From Lytechinus pictus (taxonomy: Eukaryota), in assembly GCF_037042905.1 (NCBI RefSeq), contig NC_087245.1, positions 38,566,001-38,630,000 on the forward strand: a DNA stretch of 64,000 nt, in the 5' to 3' direction. The notes beneath the pieces were generated by a model that saw nothing but the letters and a program-made list of their open reading frames with translations, was not told the origin of the DNA and made no database searches. Position 1 is the first letter of the stretch; each line of letters starts with the position of its first letter. Both the position numbers and the translations under genes were made by a program. Of this stretch, positions 63,602 through 64,000 are shown piece after piece.

Positions 63602-64000
63602 CAGAACTTCAAACCTTGTTTCTCCTTATTTTTTGAAGCTCTCACTTAATTTTTTTTCTGCATTCAATCAAGCACTTGTGTGGGCCATTGTTGATCAATT
63701 TCAACAAGTTATTTATGATTTAAAAGCTTGGGATGTGCTTTTTGAAGCTCACTTCAAATCTTTAAAATCATTCGTGAGGATGTATTTCATTCTGAGTTGC
63801 CTCGGTTGCCGAACCGATTCAGTGGCTCAATGATGTGGCTCAATATGCATGTACCGAGCTGGTTAAGTGAAGAGGCGCTATATTTTACAGTGCATACTGA
63901 GTAAAACAAAGCTTGCGTGCGCTTGCGTGATTTCAAATCTAAAATATAAAGCCTTATTTACTGAAAATAATAAAAATCAAAATATTTTAGTGATATGATA

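Noticed and set aside
1..64000. Prokaryotic operon, defence system or CRISPR array
   Set aside because: Spliceosomal gene structure, SINEs and LINEs throughout. None of the repeats has a constant-repeat, unique-spacer layout.

Overview
AT-rich animal genomic DNA. The repeat families and base composition look echinoderm (sea-urchin-like), which is an inference. I found no prokaryotic genes and no CRISPR array. There are two spliced genes, both on the minus strand, reconstructed by hand from GT-AG sites and phase continuity. (1) A complete class II PAQR (membrane progestin receptor gamma/PAQR5-like) gene: four coding exons at 6494..1255, 330 aa, plus a probable non-coding first exon near 8.4-8.6 kb. 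(2) The 3' 12 coding exons of an OSBPL1A/ORP1L-like oxysterol-binding protein gene (63199..19520, 685 aa visible: end of PH domain, coiled coil, FFAT region and full ORD), including a 25.1-kb intron. The non-coding space is dense in non-autonomous DNA transposons (TTAA, CWG, TWA, TA, 5-, 6- and 9-bp target duplications), tRNA-derived SINEs and two LINE remnants. Most notable: (a) a 168-bp triplication of an ORD exon acceptor in which only the functional copy keeps a consensus branch point; (b) a candidate internal promoter and first exon inside the 25-kb intron that would give a short ORD-only isoform; (c) about 30 TACATGTA octamers confined to the ~20 kb downstream of that site; (d) phospho-FFAT-like motifs in place of the canonical FFAT; (e) MITEs carrying a fixed-spacing CCAAT plus RFX X-box module. 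All coordinates, counts and identities were read by eye.
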